Source: Cetorhinus maximus
Taxonomy: Eukaryota
Assembly (NCBI RefSeq): GCF_964194155.1
Contig: NC_135900.1
Coordinates: 12,710,001 to 12,774,000 of the forward strand
Reading direction: 5' to 3'
DNA length: 64,000 nucleotides
A program made the position numbers and the translations under genes. The notes under the pieces are model-generated. The model did not search any database. It worked only from the letters and a program-made list of their open reading frames with translations, and was not told the DNA's origin. This document shows, piece by piece, positions 36,760 through 49,744 of this stretch. Position 1 is the first letter of the stretch; each line of letters starts with the position of its first letter.

Positions 36760-37488
36760 TTAAATTTAAAATATTTATCAACAAACTAAAAGATGTCAAG
36801 CAATTACTACTATATTAACTCCTAAAATTCATAATTAACCTAACCCCCAGTTATACAAGCTTTAAGGCAATGGTCCGCAATAGATCTTAGATTTAAAACA
36901 AGCTCAGCAAGTTAACACAATACCCTGCACAGTGGAATTCCAAATGGCTTTTCTCCAACTTCAGCTTAGTTAGACAACAGACTTGTGCACAAATGCTAGA
37001 GGCGATTTCACATACACCCATTAGATCTTACATGGCGTCTGACACATAACCTTTCATTCTCCTTTATATACGTTTCTCTCTTTCTTTTGAATATGTAAAT
37101 TCTATTGTTACAATTTCAAAGACACATATGGATCTTCTTGGCAACATTAAGGTTTTTATGTTTTCAGTAACCTTTGGGAAAATAAACACATTCCTTTAAA
37201 CTTGCTTATCTGCCTAGTTATACAGACTAGGACCTCTTTGAAATCCAAATATCCCTTTTTTTAAATCTAAAAATGCAAATTCCCTCCACACTTTGCATGC
37301 GAAGTCGGCACCCATGTTTACTCATTAACATGCCAAGCACCTAACTTCTTTTGATGATTTTAAACTTGCAGCCTCCTTGACTCCAAATGTAATTACATCA
37401 CACACAGACCCAACTATACTTACCCCCCATAAACCTACTTCACAATAAACCAGAAAAATATTATGAAAAAATGTTAGTTTCATGACAC
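36760..37488 (-). mobile_element. Solo-LTR family copy truncating the CR1
   Basis: Reverse strand begins TGTCATGAAACTA. Shares CTTTGAAAT..AAAT, ATCTAAAAATGCAAATT and CATGTTTAC blocks with 19670-20124. Confidence 0.6.
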
Positions 37489-37499
37489 CATCAACATCT

Positions 37500-37911
37500 T
37501 TTAAATCATCTTGCATAGAATCCAGAAAGACCATCGAGCCCAGTTTGAAACTATCCAAGCCATCAAACTACAGGATCTGTGTACAATTACTTCTATTTTT
37601 GGACTCTTAGACAATTTAACCTACCCTCTGATATTGTAACTATGTGTGTGAACTCTTGAATGCATGTGTGAGTGAAAATTGGATCGTTTTATTATTTTTA
37701 ATAGATCGGATGTTAAGTACAATAAATACTATTCCCCTTACAAGAAAATCTGTTTGTGTGTGTGTGTGTCTTTGACAGTCACAGCGCTTAAACAGTCAAA
37801 CACTCTCTGAATTGGCAAGTGAATTCTATAATCAAAAAAACACCTGTTGCGGTCATTTGAGGGGTGGAAAGAGAGAGGAGCCATTCTACCACTACCTACC
37901 TAACTGTAACA
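37500..37911 (+). mobile_element. Possible LTR 3' portion
   Basis: AATAAA at ~37721 and a TGTAACA terminus; composition is LTR-like only. Confidence 0.3.
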
Positions 37912-37914
37912 CTT

Positions 37915-38290
37915 GGGAACATAACCTAAGCCGACACTCCAGCGCAGTACTGAAGGAATGCTGTGCTGCCAGAGGTATATGGCCTTTCAGCTGAGACGAT
38001 AAACTAAGGCCCGGTTCCCCTTATCAGGGACACAACATCCTACAGCAATATTTGCAAAAAAAAAATCAAGGTGTTCGGCTGGTGCCTTGGCCAACATTTA
38101 TCCTTGAACTAACACTACCCAGACAGATTAACTGACCATTTATCTGATATCTGCAAGACCTTGCTGTGAGCAAATTGGCTGCCATGCTCGCCCACTTTAC
38201 AACAGTGACTACTTTTCAAAAATTAGCTGTGAACCATATTAGGACATCTTGAGACTAAGTGTTCTATATAAATGCAAGTTATTTCTTCTT
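37915..38290 (+). mobile_element. Deu-domain SINE (SacSINE1-like)
   Basis: GCCGACACTCCAGCGCAGTACTGAAGGAATGCTG...GGCCAACATTTATCC...GCAAATTGGCTGCC...CTATATAAATGCAAGT. Confidence 0.8.
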
Positions 38291-38529
38291 GTAGTCTTGA
38301 TTCCTTCAGTTATTCAAATGCTCTTACCTCGGATAGCCTAATGATTAGACACAAAATAAGTCATGCTGAACTTGATGTTGACTCTATTATTTGCCTCCAT
38401 GCTGTATTGTATCACATTCATTGCACTGTAGGTCATGCTGTTCCATCAGTAACAGACATTAGCAGTGATTGTGTTATTTGTGTGTCTCTCTTTGAGCGCA
38501 CAGCCATTCTGTTTCTGCGGCATTTTTGA

Positions 38530-38935
38530 ATTTAAACCAAAGATTTTAAAATTCTCATTTGAATCCCTCCATGGTCTTGCTCCTCTATCTCTGGAACACT
38601 GTCCATCCCCACAACTAAGATATATACACTCTTCTAATTCTGGCCTCTTGGGCACCCTCAATTTTTCTTTTTAACCACTCCACCACTGGTGCCCATGCCT
38701 TCAGCTGTCGAGGCCCCCAAGCTCTCGAATTTCCTCCCTAAATCTCTTTGCTTCTCTATCAGCATTTCATCATTTAAGACACTCCATAAAACCTTTCTCT
38801 TTCACCAAACTATTGGGCATCTGTCTGAATATCTCCTTATGTGGGGTAGTGTCAAACTTTGTTTTATAATGCTCCTGTGAAGTGCCTTGGGATGTTTTAC
38901 ATATTTAAAGGTTCTATATCAGTACAAGTTCTTGA
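38530..38935 (+). mobile_element. L2-like LINE family B 3' end
   Basis: FKPKILKFSFESLHGLAPLSL remnant; tail GTGAAGTGCCTTGGGATGTTTTAC..TAAAGG..CTATA. Confidence 0.75.
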
Positions 38936-39341
38936 AAATTTAAGAGTCCAGTTCCATAGCTCTGCGTTTCTTGAGCAATAGGGAGTGAATGTGTCCTGGT
39001 TTAAATATGCTCCTGGATGTAGAAAGCTGGGTGCACACTTTTTTTACTAGAACTAAGGTAAGGAGCAAAATTGGATGAACAGATAAAGGTGTCAGCTCAG
39101 CTTGTTGACTGCACAATCTCTTTAATATTGATGTATGGCCTCTCATGCATGCGTCTTAAAGAGGTTGTTGCTTGTGCGCGGCCAGTTTGTTCCCTGTGTG
39201 GCACTTTCCCAATTGCTGCATGCCTCACACACCGCTTAAGGAGAGAGCATTAGTTGTAAGCTTCTCGTCCTGGCCATGAGATTAGTAGCTCTCTGCCCAC
39301 TGGCTAAAGTGCAGAAATCCACAATTTTTATTTATTTTTTG

Positions 39342-39497
39342 TTCTATTCATTTCACAGGATGTGGGCTTTGCTGGCTGGGCCAGCATTTATTGCCCATCC
39401 CTAGTTGCCCTTGAGAAGGTGGTGGTGAGCTGCCTTCTTGAACCACTGCAGCCCATGTGGTGTAGGTACACCCGCAGTGCTGTTAGGAAGGGAGTTT
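39342..39497 (-). mobile_element. LINE family A 3' tail
   Basis: GGATGTGGGC..GCTGGCTGGGCCAGCATTTATTGCCCATCCCTA. Confidence 0.85.
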
Positions 39498-39904
39498 TGG
39501 GCTAAATTGGACAAAATGAACTACCTCACTCAGCTTGACCATGAAAGACATGGGTAGGAAATAAGGCTGGGAGTAAGACATGTGGCTGAGGCCACCATTT
39601 TACTTGAAGTAATTGATGTGCCATTATGAACTTAAGCACCAAATACTTACAAGCAAGTTTCTGCTTGAATGACTAATTTTTTAATTGTTCCTGTTCTGTA
39701 ATTGAAAGCTGCAGCTCAAATCATAATAGAGGCTCTGGGACACTCGGTTGTGATATCTTATGAAAAACTGCAGGGATATTTATTTTGTGTAGCAAATGCC
39801 CCATGGTGCTGCTTGTAAGCCAGAGGATGGACCATTACATAAGGAACAGAATTATGTACCTTGTGAAATGCCATGCATTATTCTGCTGCTAAATTACCGG
39901 CTTT

Positions 39905-40745
39905 TCTTTATTCATTCGTGGGATGCAAGCATTGTTGGTAAGGCCAACATTTATGTTTGTCCAGAGGTGGTGGTGAGCCACCTTCTTGAAGCGCTGCAGT
40001 CCTTGTGGTTGTAGGTAAACCCACCATGCTGTTAGGGAGGGAGTTCCAGGATTTTGGCCCAGTGACAGTGAAGGAATGGTGATATATTTCCAAGTCAGGA
40101 TGGTGTGTGACTTGGAGAGGAATGTGGAGGTGATCGCATACCCTTGCATTAGCTGCCCTTGTCCTTCAAGATGGATGTGTGTGTGTGAGAGGTGCTGTCA
40201 AAGGAGGCTAGGTGAGTTGCTGCACTGCACTTTGTAAATGGTACACAATGCTGCCAGTGTGCACTGTGCTAAAGGGATTGAATGTTTAAAGTGGTGGATG
40301 AGGCACAGATCAAGCTGGCTGCTTTATCTTGGAAAATGTTGAGTTTCTTGAGTGGTGTTGAAACTGTGCTCATCCAGGCAAGCAGGAATATCCCATCACA
40401 CCCCTGACTTGTTCCTTGCAGATAGTGGACAGGCTTTGGGGATTTGGGAGCTGAGTTGCTCGCTGCAGAATTCCCAGCCTCTGACCTGCTTTTGTAGCCA
40501 CAGCATTTATGTGGCTGGTCTGAAGAAATCCGTGGTCAGTGATGATAGGGTCTTGATGGGGGATTCAGTGATGATAGTGCCATTGAACTGCAAGGGGAGG
40601 TGGTTAGACTCTGTCTTGTTGGAGATAATTATTGTCTGGCACTTCTGTGTCACTTGCCACTATCAACCCAAGCCTGAATGTTGCCCAGGTTTTGCTGCAT
40701 GGACTGCTTCATTATCTGAGGAGTTGCGAATGGAACTGAATGCTG
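39905..40745 (-). mobile_element. LINE family A 3' fragment, older
   Basis: Colinear with 33820-34680 but more diverged. Confidence 0.8.
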
Positions 40746-42387
40746 TGTGTGTACCTTAAGACTGCAAAATTTAATTACTACTGAATAAACATTGGATGAG
40801 TTCATGGAAAAGTCAATTAAGGGGCTGTGCAGACATTCTGGCTCCCTGTATTTTGTGATTCCAAAGCTGTTGTTTCTTTAAAGTGTAACAGAGGAGTGTG
40901 ACAGGCAGGAAATGCACACTAAATGTATTGTTTTTATCATGTAATAGCTATAAGGGTAAATCCCACCAGCCTAACGCTCATGCTTAAAGGGAGAGCAGAT
41001 GAGAGAATTGACACCATAGCCCTGTCTCAAACCCATGTGCTCTAGTAGTTGACATACTATTGGCCTGGAGTTTTGCACCTTGGGTGAAGCCTGGAACCTA
41101 GAACCTAAAATGTGTCCACATATCCTTGCAATCCCATGGGAATATGCTGGAGATTGAAATGGGTGTGAATTAACATAGCAAGAAGAGCCCAAGGACAGCA
41201 TTGAACCTACTACACCACATCTCTCACTTCTAAAGTATAAAAATTCAATTTTCAACTGATACAATCAGGCACAGTGTGGTTAAGGGCCAGCAACCTGGGA
41301 AACCTTTCACTCACTCTTTTTAATGTGGCTTGTACTGATGCCATAAAAACCAGTAGAAAAGAAACAGAAAACACAGAGCTACTCCTCAGTGAGGATAAGT
41401 TTTCAATTGTTCAAAAAATTGCAAATAAACTCCAGGGGAGTGACTTTATTTCCTGCTGCATCTGAAAATCGGCTACTCCCCCCACCCCCCCCTCCCCTTC
41501 ACCCCCGACGAGTGCAATCGGAGGGTACTCGCATTTGAAACTCTTGAGGGGGCTGGGGTTGGCCAGTTTTGTGGGCGGTGATTCATTCAGACAGAGGGCT
41601 TGATGGACAGAGGCGAAAAGATAGGGAGTGCTGTGGCGGATTGTAGTTATGCCCATAACTTAGCTGACACTTCCTTGGTCAGTAGTTTGCCCCCAGGTTA
41701 CACTTTCCACTGGAAGTGGAGCAAATGTCAGGCTATGAACTTACTTACGATGCTGAAAATGTACAGTTATTGAATACTAAATGACAGCCATTTCTACTCT
41801 CGTCAAACTCCACATGCAGTGCAGCGCTATCCTTCCCGTCGGTTTTCCTAACTAGAACCTGCCTGTGGTTTGATTTTATAGGCTGGGTCTTGAAATATTT
41901 ATGGGAGTACTTTATTGATGTAAAATTATATTTCCCTTCTTTTGATCGGAAGATACCCTAATAGCATTCTAATTCCTCTTCTGCCACTTTATTTATTACC
42001 CCTATTGCAGAATGCCATTCAGCACACATTTTCTTTCTGTTGAAAATGTTTCTGCTTTAATTTGATGCTTAATTGGCTAAAAGGTTTTATGCAGCCCTGC
42101 TTATCTTTTTATTCTCGACATAATGGAAGGAATCCATTATCATAGCCCATTGTAGACTATGATGTGTTGGCACCTGGTAAAATGCAACATCCTGATTGCT
42201 CCCTAGTCCAGGATGTTCAAAGTGCTCTTTGCTGACCCACCATGACGTTGCTTATTGCTGGCTGAAGGACATGGTGTTGCATAAGGACTGTGTAACAAAG
42301 AATTACTTCGCCTCTATGATGCTAGTGTCCCTTTCTAAGGCTCCAAAGTAAAACTGCTGTGGATTTAACTGCTATGGTCAGTTCAAG

Positions 42388-42770
42388 GGGGAGACGGCAG
42401 TGTAGTGGTAATGTCACTGGACTAGTAATCCAGGGATGCAAGCTAATGCACTAGGTACATGGGTTCAAATCCCACCATGGTGGCTGATGAAATTTAAATT
42501 AAGTTATAAAATCTGGAATTGAAAGCTAGTCCCAGTAAAGGTGACCACGAAACTATCATTGTTTAAAAACCCATCTGGTCCACTCGTGAAAGGGAATCTG
42601 CTATCCTTATCTGTTTTGGCCTGCATGTGTCCACACAACCATAGCAATGTGGTTGACTCTTAACTGCCCTCCAAAATGGCCTAGTGAGCCACTCAGTTGT
42701 AGCAATTAGGGGATGGGCAGCAAATTGCCATTGACACCCACATCTCATATATAAAAGAATAAATTTTTTT
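42388..42770 (+). mobile_element. tRNA-derived SINE with LINE family A tail
   Basis: A-box-like AGTGTAGTGG and B-box GGTTCAAATCCC; colinear with the copies at 22421 and 56958. Confidence 0.8.
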
Positions 42771-42846
42771 TAAAACTTGCTCTTAATTGATTCTCTGGTC
42801 AATTAGAGGCCTTCTTTCTCAAAACACCTTTTTAACTGTGATTCCT

Positions 42847-43131
42847 AGGGGGAAATCAGCCAGCCTTTACCCGTCCCTCTGAAAGATTGATAATAGTGGC
42901 TGAATTACTATCACCCATTTTTTATATTATCACCCGATGTCAAAACTACACCCCCTGAAGTCAACTGGAAGGTATCTTCTGAATCTGGGAAGGTTGCTCT
43001 GTACGTTGGCAATGATCAGATGTATTTTTTTCTTGAAAATATCTTTGTTTGAGTATGGCGGAAATCCTGCTGTGGATCTCCCTCTTATCTGTAGTTAAGC
43101 TAATGACAAATCGCCATTGCCAGAATTGCCC
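42847..43131. mobile_element. Possible old MITE
   Basis: Imperfect terminal inverted repeats AGGGGGAAATC / GAATTGCCCCT. Confidence 0.3.
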
Positions 43132-43459
43132 CTTCCTCGTTGCGTTACCGATATAACAGCAGACTTGGAATTTATTGGCAAAATATGGAAATACTCTAGC
43201 TGATCCCAATCACCTTGAACAGTGCCATGTCCTTGGATATGCCAAAGTGTGTCCTCCAAAGTGTGAAATGCAATATCTAGTGTGACGGGATGCCTGGCAT
43301 TTTTCAGAAAGTATGCACTGAGTGTTTTTTTGATATTCTAGAATATGTTCTGGATTGCATTTAACCCCCATAGGTCTACACTTCTACATTCATTGTGCTT
43401 CCTGCAGCCCCTTCTACCCCTTCCGAATGCTTTTCGTAGTCTCCAGAACTGAATGCAGC

Positions 43460-44362
43460 GGAGGGCGGGGCTGCAATCTTCAATCGGTGGCTGCCCATGT
43501 TTCACCCGCAAAAGCGGGCAGCAAATGGTTTGGGACATCTCTGCCGTGCCATTGACGGTCAAGACTGGGCTGATTTTGCAAGCTTTTAAGTGGGCCCATA
43601 AATGGGCGAGCATCATACCCAAGTGTTTCTGGCGTAAAGCTGTTTAAACATGTAAAGAGCGGTCCTATGCTGGATGCAGGACTCTGCCTGTGATTTTCAG
43701 GTACCACTGGGTGGAGTGTGTGCAGTGCATGCTACTGTAGGGGACTTGCTGGGTGAACAGTTGCCAACCCCATTCTCGGGGACCAACCTGGAATGGAAGC
43801 TGACTTCTCTGCTGCTGGCAGCTCGGTAATTGGTGGTGATTGGCTCTTCCCCCCCCCCCACTCCACTAACATTTTTCCCCCATCCCAAATGTCATGTGAT
43901 CAAAATCACATTATCAAACTCCCCGTGAAAACATCGGATGTTTTAAACGTTGGTGCCCCTTGAGAGAGGTCCCAGCATTTTGAGCATAAAATGTCTTTTT
44001 ATGTGACCAGAGGAGTAGGCGCGCGCCTTCCTTGCCCCACAAAAGGTTCTGCAGCCTGCTACACGCCAGCGTCTATGGCCAGTCTATGTCCCCTCTCCGG
44101 GCCCTGTCTGACCTGGAGGCTAGACATAGGAGGTGGCACACTCCCTGTACCCACGCGCCATGCCAGCCCTATCGCAGCCAGTGAGCCACAATGGAATGTG
44201 AATTTGGCTCCCATATCTCCTCTTGCCTGTGGAATTCAAGTGAGGCCCAAGCTCGAACCGTTCGGGTGTCCCCCCCCGATGCTGACTTCAGACTGGCAGT
44301 GCAGCCGCTCTGCTGGCCTTTTGCCCATTTTTAGGGCAGAAGTCAAGCATCTTTCCACCCCA
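43460..44362. mobile_element. Possible non-autonomous Harbinger-like element
   Basis: GC-rich island containing GGGCTGATTTTGC and ending CTTTCCACCC; TIRs are poorly preserved. Confidence 0.3.
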
Positions 44363-45984
44363 ACCCTCGGTACTTTTGCATTTTGCTTTCTCTAAAATGC
44401 AGACGCATTGAGCTCCAAATATTCAGTAGAAAATCTCAGTCAGGTGGCACTGTCGTTTCACAGCTTGTGTGGCCAGTGTGAATGGCTCCCTGCTGGTAGC
44501 ACAGGTTTAGAAGAAGCACTCCCAGTGTTCACTGCGGGTCTGCAGCATAACGCTTGGAAGTTGTGTCTACTCTTCTGGCCGTTTGGCTTCCCTGTTTTAT
44601 TTTACGGACGCAATTACAAAATATGATACCTCCTATAATCAGAGCCAACAGAAATGATTTACATGCTGCCGCTTCTTGGTCTTGACACTAGTGTTTCTGA
44701 CTTCACTTTGGAGCAGCAGGATAGCTAGTGAGGTGAATGACTGCAAATGCTGTGTCATTTTAACTGGGGTGGGGGGAGAAGAATGAGTAAGTGTTGTGGA
44801 TTTTTTTTTTAAAAAGAAAGCAAACCAGCATGAGGTCTGTAATTATACTGTGGCTTCTTAACCGATTCACTGGAGGACTGTTATAGCTTTGATTGCTTTA
44901 GGATGTAATGATCTCAAAGGCAGAAAGGAAATTAAATTGCACAGAAAGCCATCGACTTTCCGTAAGTTACTCATTTCCTTCTCAATTCAAATATCGCGTG
45001 CATCTGAAATTTACTGGGTTTGTAACTGCATAATTGTTTGGGTCCACTGGTTATTACTAAATGACAAACTATTAAATTCACAAGATCACAGCGTTGTACA
45101 CAGAATGAGGCTATTGAGTCGGATTGGACCAGCTCTTTGAAAGCACCATCCAAGTAAACCCACTCCATGTTTAGCTCCGCATTTAAAGACGAAAATAAAT
45201 TGAGAGTTTTGGGTTCCTGCTCCAACAACAAAAAGTTGAAGAAACCCATGACCTAACAGCATATAGTTGTGGCATGATTCATAATAAGCAACTTCTTTTT
45301 TTCTTGTTTTGTCCACATACTGCTCTGCCTTCCCTCCCCATCATCTTGTTATTCGATACGTTTGCTGGAGTTCACAGGAAGGCTAGAGTGGAGAGGAACT
45401 GAATTTTGCATTTTAGAATTAGCTGGTCGGGGGGGAAAAAACATCCGGTGAAGTTTTCCCTTTCAGGCATGTGGCGAAATTCGATTTCCAGCACACGGAA
45501 CCTTATCCACTGCCCATTGCCTCCAGTGTGAATATCACTGCTTATTTAATATGTGAGATTGGGATAATGTGGCCATTCAATTAAGTTTCCTCTTCGAGTG
45601 ACCTCATTGCACAAGATAATGTTGTGGGATTGAGAGGACAAGTGTTTGTGAGGATATCTGCATCTGCTCTAACCTATGTTGCAGGTTGGCTATGGGAGGT
45701 ACCTGGCTCGAATTGGTGGAATAATCGAGAAAGTGAGCACAAATGGAATGATCGTTCACACTGTCACCTATGAATTTATGAAATCCTTTCACCTATGAAA
45801 TAAGAATTGTCACTCATTCTAGCATTCATTGCCTAGACTGTTATATGGTGAATAGTCACAAGGTACTGAAGGATGAAAAGTGCTTGCAGGATTGCCCCAA
45901 GTGTGAGTCAGTAGCCAGATCTTAGAATTTTATAGCATAGATCGTTTTTCCCATCCCTCAGAGGTAACTACTTGGTGCCATTCA

Positions 45985-46300
45985 TAAATGCACAGGAACA
46001 GGAGTAGGCCATTCAGCCCCTCTAGCCTGTTCCACCCACCCATTGAATCATGGTTGATCCGTGTTTTAATTCCACCTACCCAACTTGGTTCTGAACCCTT
46101 AATATCTTTGCCTAACCCATCAATGTCAGTTTTGAAATTTTCAATCGAACCTCAGCTTTTTGCAGGAAAGTGTCCCGGATTTCTTCTACTTTTTTTGTGA
46201 AGAAGTGTTTTCTGATGACAGCATCCTTGAATGGCCTACCTCTGATAATGTTATATCCCCATGTTCTAGCTTTCCCCACCAAAGTAAATAGTCTATTTAC
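45985..46300 (-). mobile_element. CR1 LINE 3' end (apparently resumes at ~47680-47780)
   Basis: CAGGAGTAGGCCATTCAGCCC tail; minus-strand FTLVGKARTWGYNIIRGRPFK..IRKHFF. Confidence 0.7.
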
Positions 46301-46309
46301 CCTTTTGGT

Positions 46310-47665
46310 AATGATGCAGCCTGTGCCTGCATGCAGCAAGACCTGCAACAACGTTCAGGCGTGGGCTGATAAGTGGGAAGTAACATTTGTGCTGCTATAT
46401 TCCTCACACTGCCATACCAGCAAGCCAGGGAACCAGTCCTAGTTCAGTGGGGAACGCAGGAGGGCATGCAAGGAACTGCACCAGGCACACCTCAAAATGA
46501 GGTGCCAACCTGGTGAAGCTACGACACAGGACTATATGCATGCCAAACAGCATGTGATAGACAGAGCCAAGCGATCCTGCAACCGACTAATCAAAGTCCT
46601 GCAATCCTGCCACATCCAGTCGTGAATGGCGATGGATAGCTGAACAGTTAACCAGACGAGGAGGCTCCAAAAATGTCCCCATCTTGAACGATGGGGGGGT
46701 GCCCATCACAAGACTGAAGCATTGACAAGCTTCTTCAGGCAGAAATGCCAAGCGGATGAACCATCTGGGCCTCCTCCTGAGGACCTCAGTGTTACAGATG
46801 CCAGTCTTCAGACAATTTGATTAACTCCATGTGATATCAATAAACGGCAGAAGGCATTGGATACACCTAAGGCTATGGGTCCTGACAACATCCTGGCCGT
46901 GGTGCTGAAATCTTGCTTCAGAAATAGCCCTTAGCCAAGCTTTTCTAGTACTACTATAATACTGGCATCTACCCAGAAATATTGAAAATTACCCAGGTAT
47001 GTCCTGTCCATAAATAATAGGACCAATCCAAACTGGCCAATTGTCACCCCATCCGTCTACTCTCAATCCTCAGTAAAGTGATGGAAGGTGTCATTGACAG
47101 AGTGATCAAGCAGCACTTACACAGCAATAACCTTTTCACTGATGCTCAGTTTTGGTTTTGTTAGGGCCACTCAGCTCCTGACATCATTGTAGTCTTGGTC
47201 CAAACAGTGACAAAAGAGCTGAATTCCAGAAGTGAGGTGAGTGACTACCCTTGACATCAAGGCAGCATTTGACCGAGTGTAGCATCAAGGAGCAAAATTG
47301 AAGTCAATAGGATTCGGGTGGGCGGGGAAACTTTCTACTAGTTGGAGTTATATCTAGCACAAAGAAAGATGGTTGTGGTTTTCATAGGCCAATCATCTTA
47401 GTTCCAGAACATCAGGACTTCCTCAGGGTAGTGTCCAGGGCCCAACCATCTTCAGTTGCCTCATCAATGGCCTTCCCAATCTCCTTCCCTCTATCATAAG
47501 TGGGGATGTTCACTGATGATTGCACAGTCTTCACTACCATTCACAACTCCTCCTGATACTGAAGGAGTCCGTGCATGCAGAAAGACCTGGACATGATTCA
47601 GGCTTGAGCTGATAAGTGGTAAGTAACATTCATACCACACAAGTGCCAGGCAATGACCACCTCAG
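46310..47665 (+). mobile_element. LINE family A internal RT region, degenerate
   Basis: KAMGPDNIL, PIRLLSILSKVMEGVI, DAQFWF, LDIKAAFDRV, PQGSVQGPTIFSCLIN and MFTDDCTVF. Confidence 0.85.
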
Positions 47666-48439
47666 CAAGAGAGGATCTCTTAAGGCCAATATATCCTTCC
47701 TGAGGTCTGAACTTCAGGCACAGAGCTGAATACAATGTTCCAGATGTGATCCAACCAGAGCTTTGCATAATTGGAACAATTCACCTGCTTTTACCTTTTT
47801 ACATGTTTGCTCAGTAGAATAAGGCAATTGAAAGGAGAAGTTAGTGTTTCACTCTTAATGTAACAACTGGGTCTCAAAATCAACGTTTAATTTCGATCAA
47901 TCGTTCCTGTACATTAGCGTACGTTATGGTACATACAGGTAAGGTGTCCTTTATGGTAAAAGCCTCACTAACGGTGTACCCATTCCCCCTGCTTTGTTAT
48001 GCAATTTGTACACCTGCCAAACAACATATTTGGTCTGGATTGAAGAGGCTTAAATTCGCTTATAACTGTAGTTACTGAATCCAGTTTGGGCAGAAATGTA
48101 ACCATGTGCCTTTTTAAGCACATGCAGTTATTGTAATGTAATTAATCCACAAGGAGCTTGATTCGGTCTCTTAAAAATTATTCGGATCGGTTTACTTTTT
48201 GTACACCATTTTCAAAGGCTTACAACTGTGTTATTTTCCCATTCTGAGCGCTGTGTGCTGGTATCCGTTCATGGCAATAACAACAGTAATTAAAAGAAGG
48301 TGCTGGATAGGCATTCGGTGAGAAAATCAGCTGGTTAGCTGAATTGCATTTTTGAACTTTGTGGTTTACCAGATGAACCATTAGGATATTTTCCTCTCCT
48401 ATACATCCCTTTTGCCTGTATCCTTTCTCGCACCAGATT

Positions 48440-48880
48440 CTCATTTATTCATCACCCCTGTGCACGCAGTTAAGCCATGCCATGACAACACTTACTTTTA
48501 AAGCATAATATGGTCTCGTCCCTCCCTATCTCTGTAATCTTCTCTGGCCCCCACAACTCCCCTCCAAGGTATCTGCACTCCTCTAATTCTGGCCTCTTGC
48601 GCATCATCAATTTTAATTGTTCCAACGTTGGCGGCTGTGCCTTCAATTGCCTAGGCCCCAAGCTCTGCACACTCCCTCCCTAAACTTTTCTGCCTCTCTA
48701 CCTCTGTCTCCTCTTTTAAGATGCTCCTTAAAACCTACCTGTTTGGCCAAGCTTTTGGCCATCTGCCTTAATACCGTCTTACATGGCACGGTGACGGGTT
48801 TTGCTTTATAATGCTCCTGTGAAGGTTCTTGTGACTTTTTTTTTTACATTAAATGTGCCATGTAAATGCAAGCTGTTCTT
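48440..48880 (+). mobile_element. L2-like LINE family B 3' end
   Basis: Colinear with 38530-38935. Confidence 0.75.
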
Positions 48881-49744
48881 TGTATGTTCCTCAGGCAGGC
48901 AGCGAGAAATGATATCATGACTTAAAATCCCTTTCCACGGGTGCATGGTGGTGTAGCTTATTTAAGCAGCATGTTACAAGAGTCATAGTGGCACAGAAGG
49001 AAGCCATTCAGCCTATTGTGCCGTGCTGACCCTTGTATAACTCCTGTCTGGAATGTTTCCCATGTTATACTGAAGGGCTTCCTTATGTTGAGGAATTGAG
49101 TGCATTGTTATGACAGGGGTGGGGGATTATTGTATCAAAGTGGCATCCTGCAATGGTTATTTACTTCAAGTATTGTCTTATTAAATACAGAATTTTGTCT
49201 TTCTCATTGCAATGATGTCAGTCTGGTGCAGTGTACTATGCTGTATCTTTACTGTCTGCTCATAATTTGTGCTAAGTCGCGGTGATCATTGGTAGAGAAA
49301 CTTAATACAGAAGTGTTTACAGTGATTTAATTACACTCATCAATGTCCCATTGTGACATGAAGCAGTGAATGCTTCCGTTCCTGATAAATGTCGTCACCA
49401 TAGAAACATTGGAGGAGGCCATTTTGCATCTCAAGCCTGCTTTGCCATTCAGTTAGATCATGGCTGACTTGTATTGTTTTTTTGGTGGGGGAGTCCACTA
49501 ACCTCCATTTGAATAAGTGCTTCCTGATGTCACAGAACCTTAAACTTAGAACTAGGTGTTCGGGGGTGATGTTTCCTAGGTGTCTCCCACCAGAGGAAAT
49601 TAGATACAGAAAATTATCAATCGATATAATTTTCAACAATTGCATCAGATCCTCCCTCAAGTTTCTAAATCAATGGATTGCAAGTCAAGTTAACACAACC
49701 TGTTGTCAAATTTAACCCTTTAAGCCCTGGTATCCTTTTGGTAG

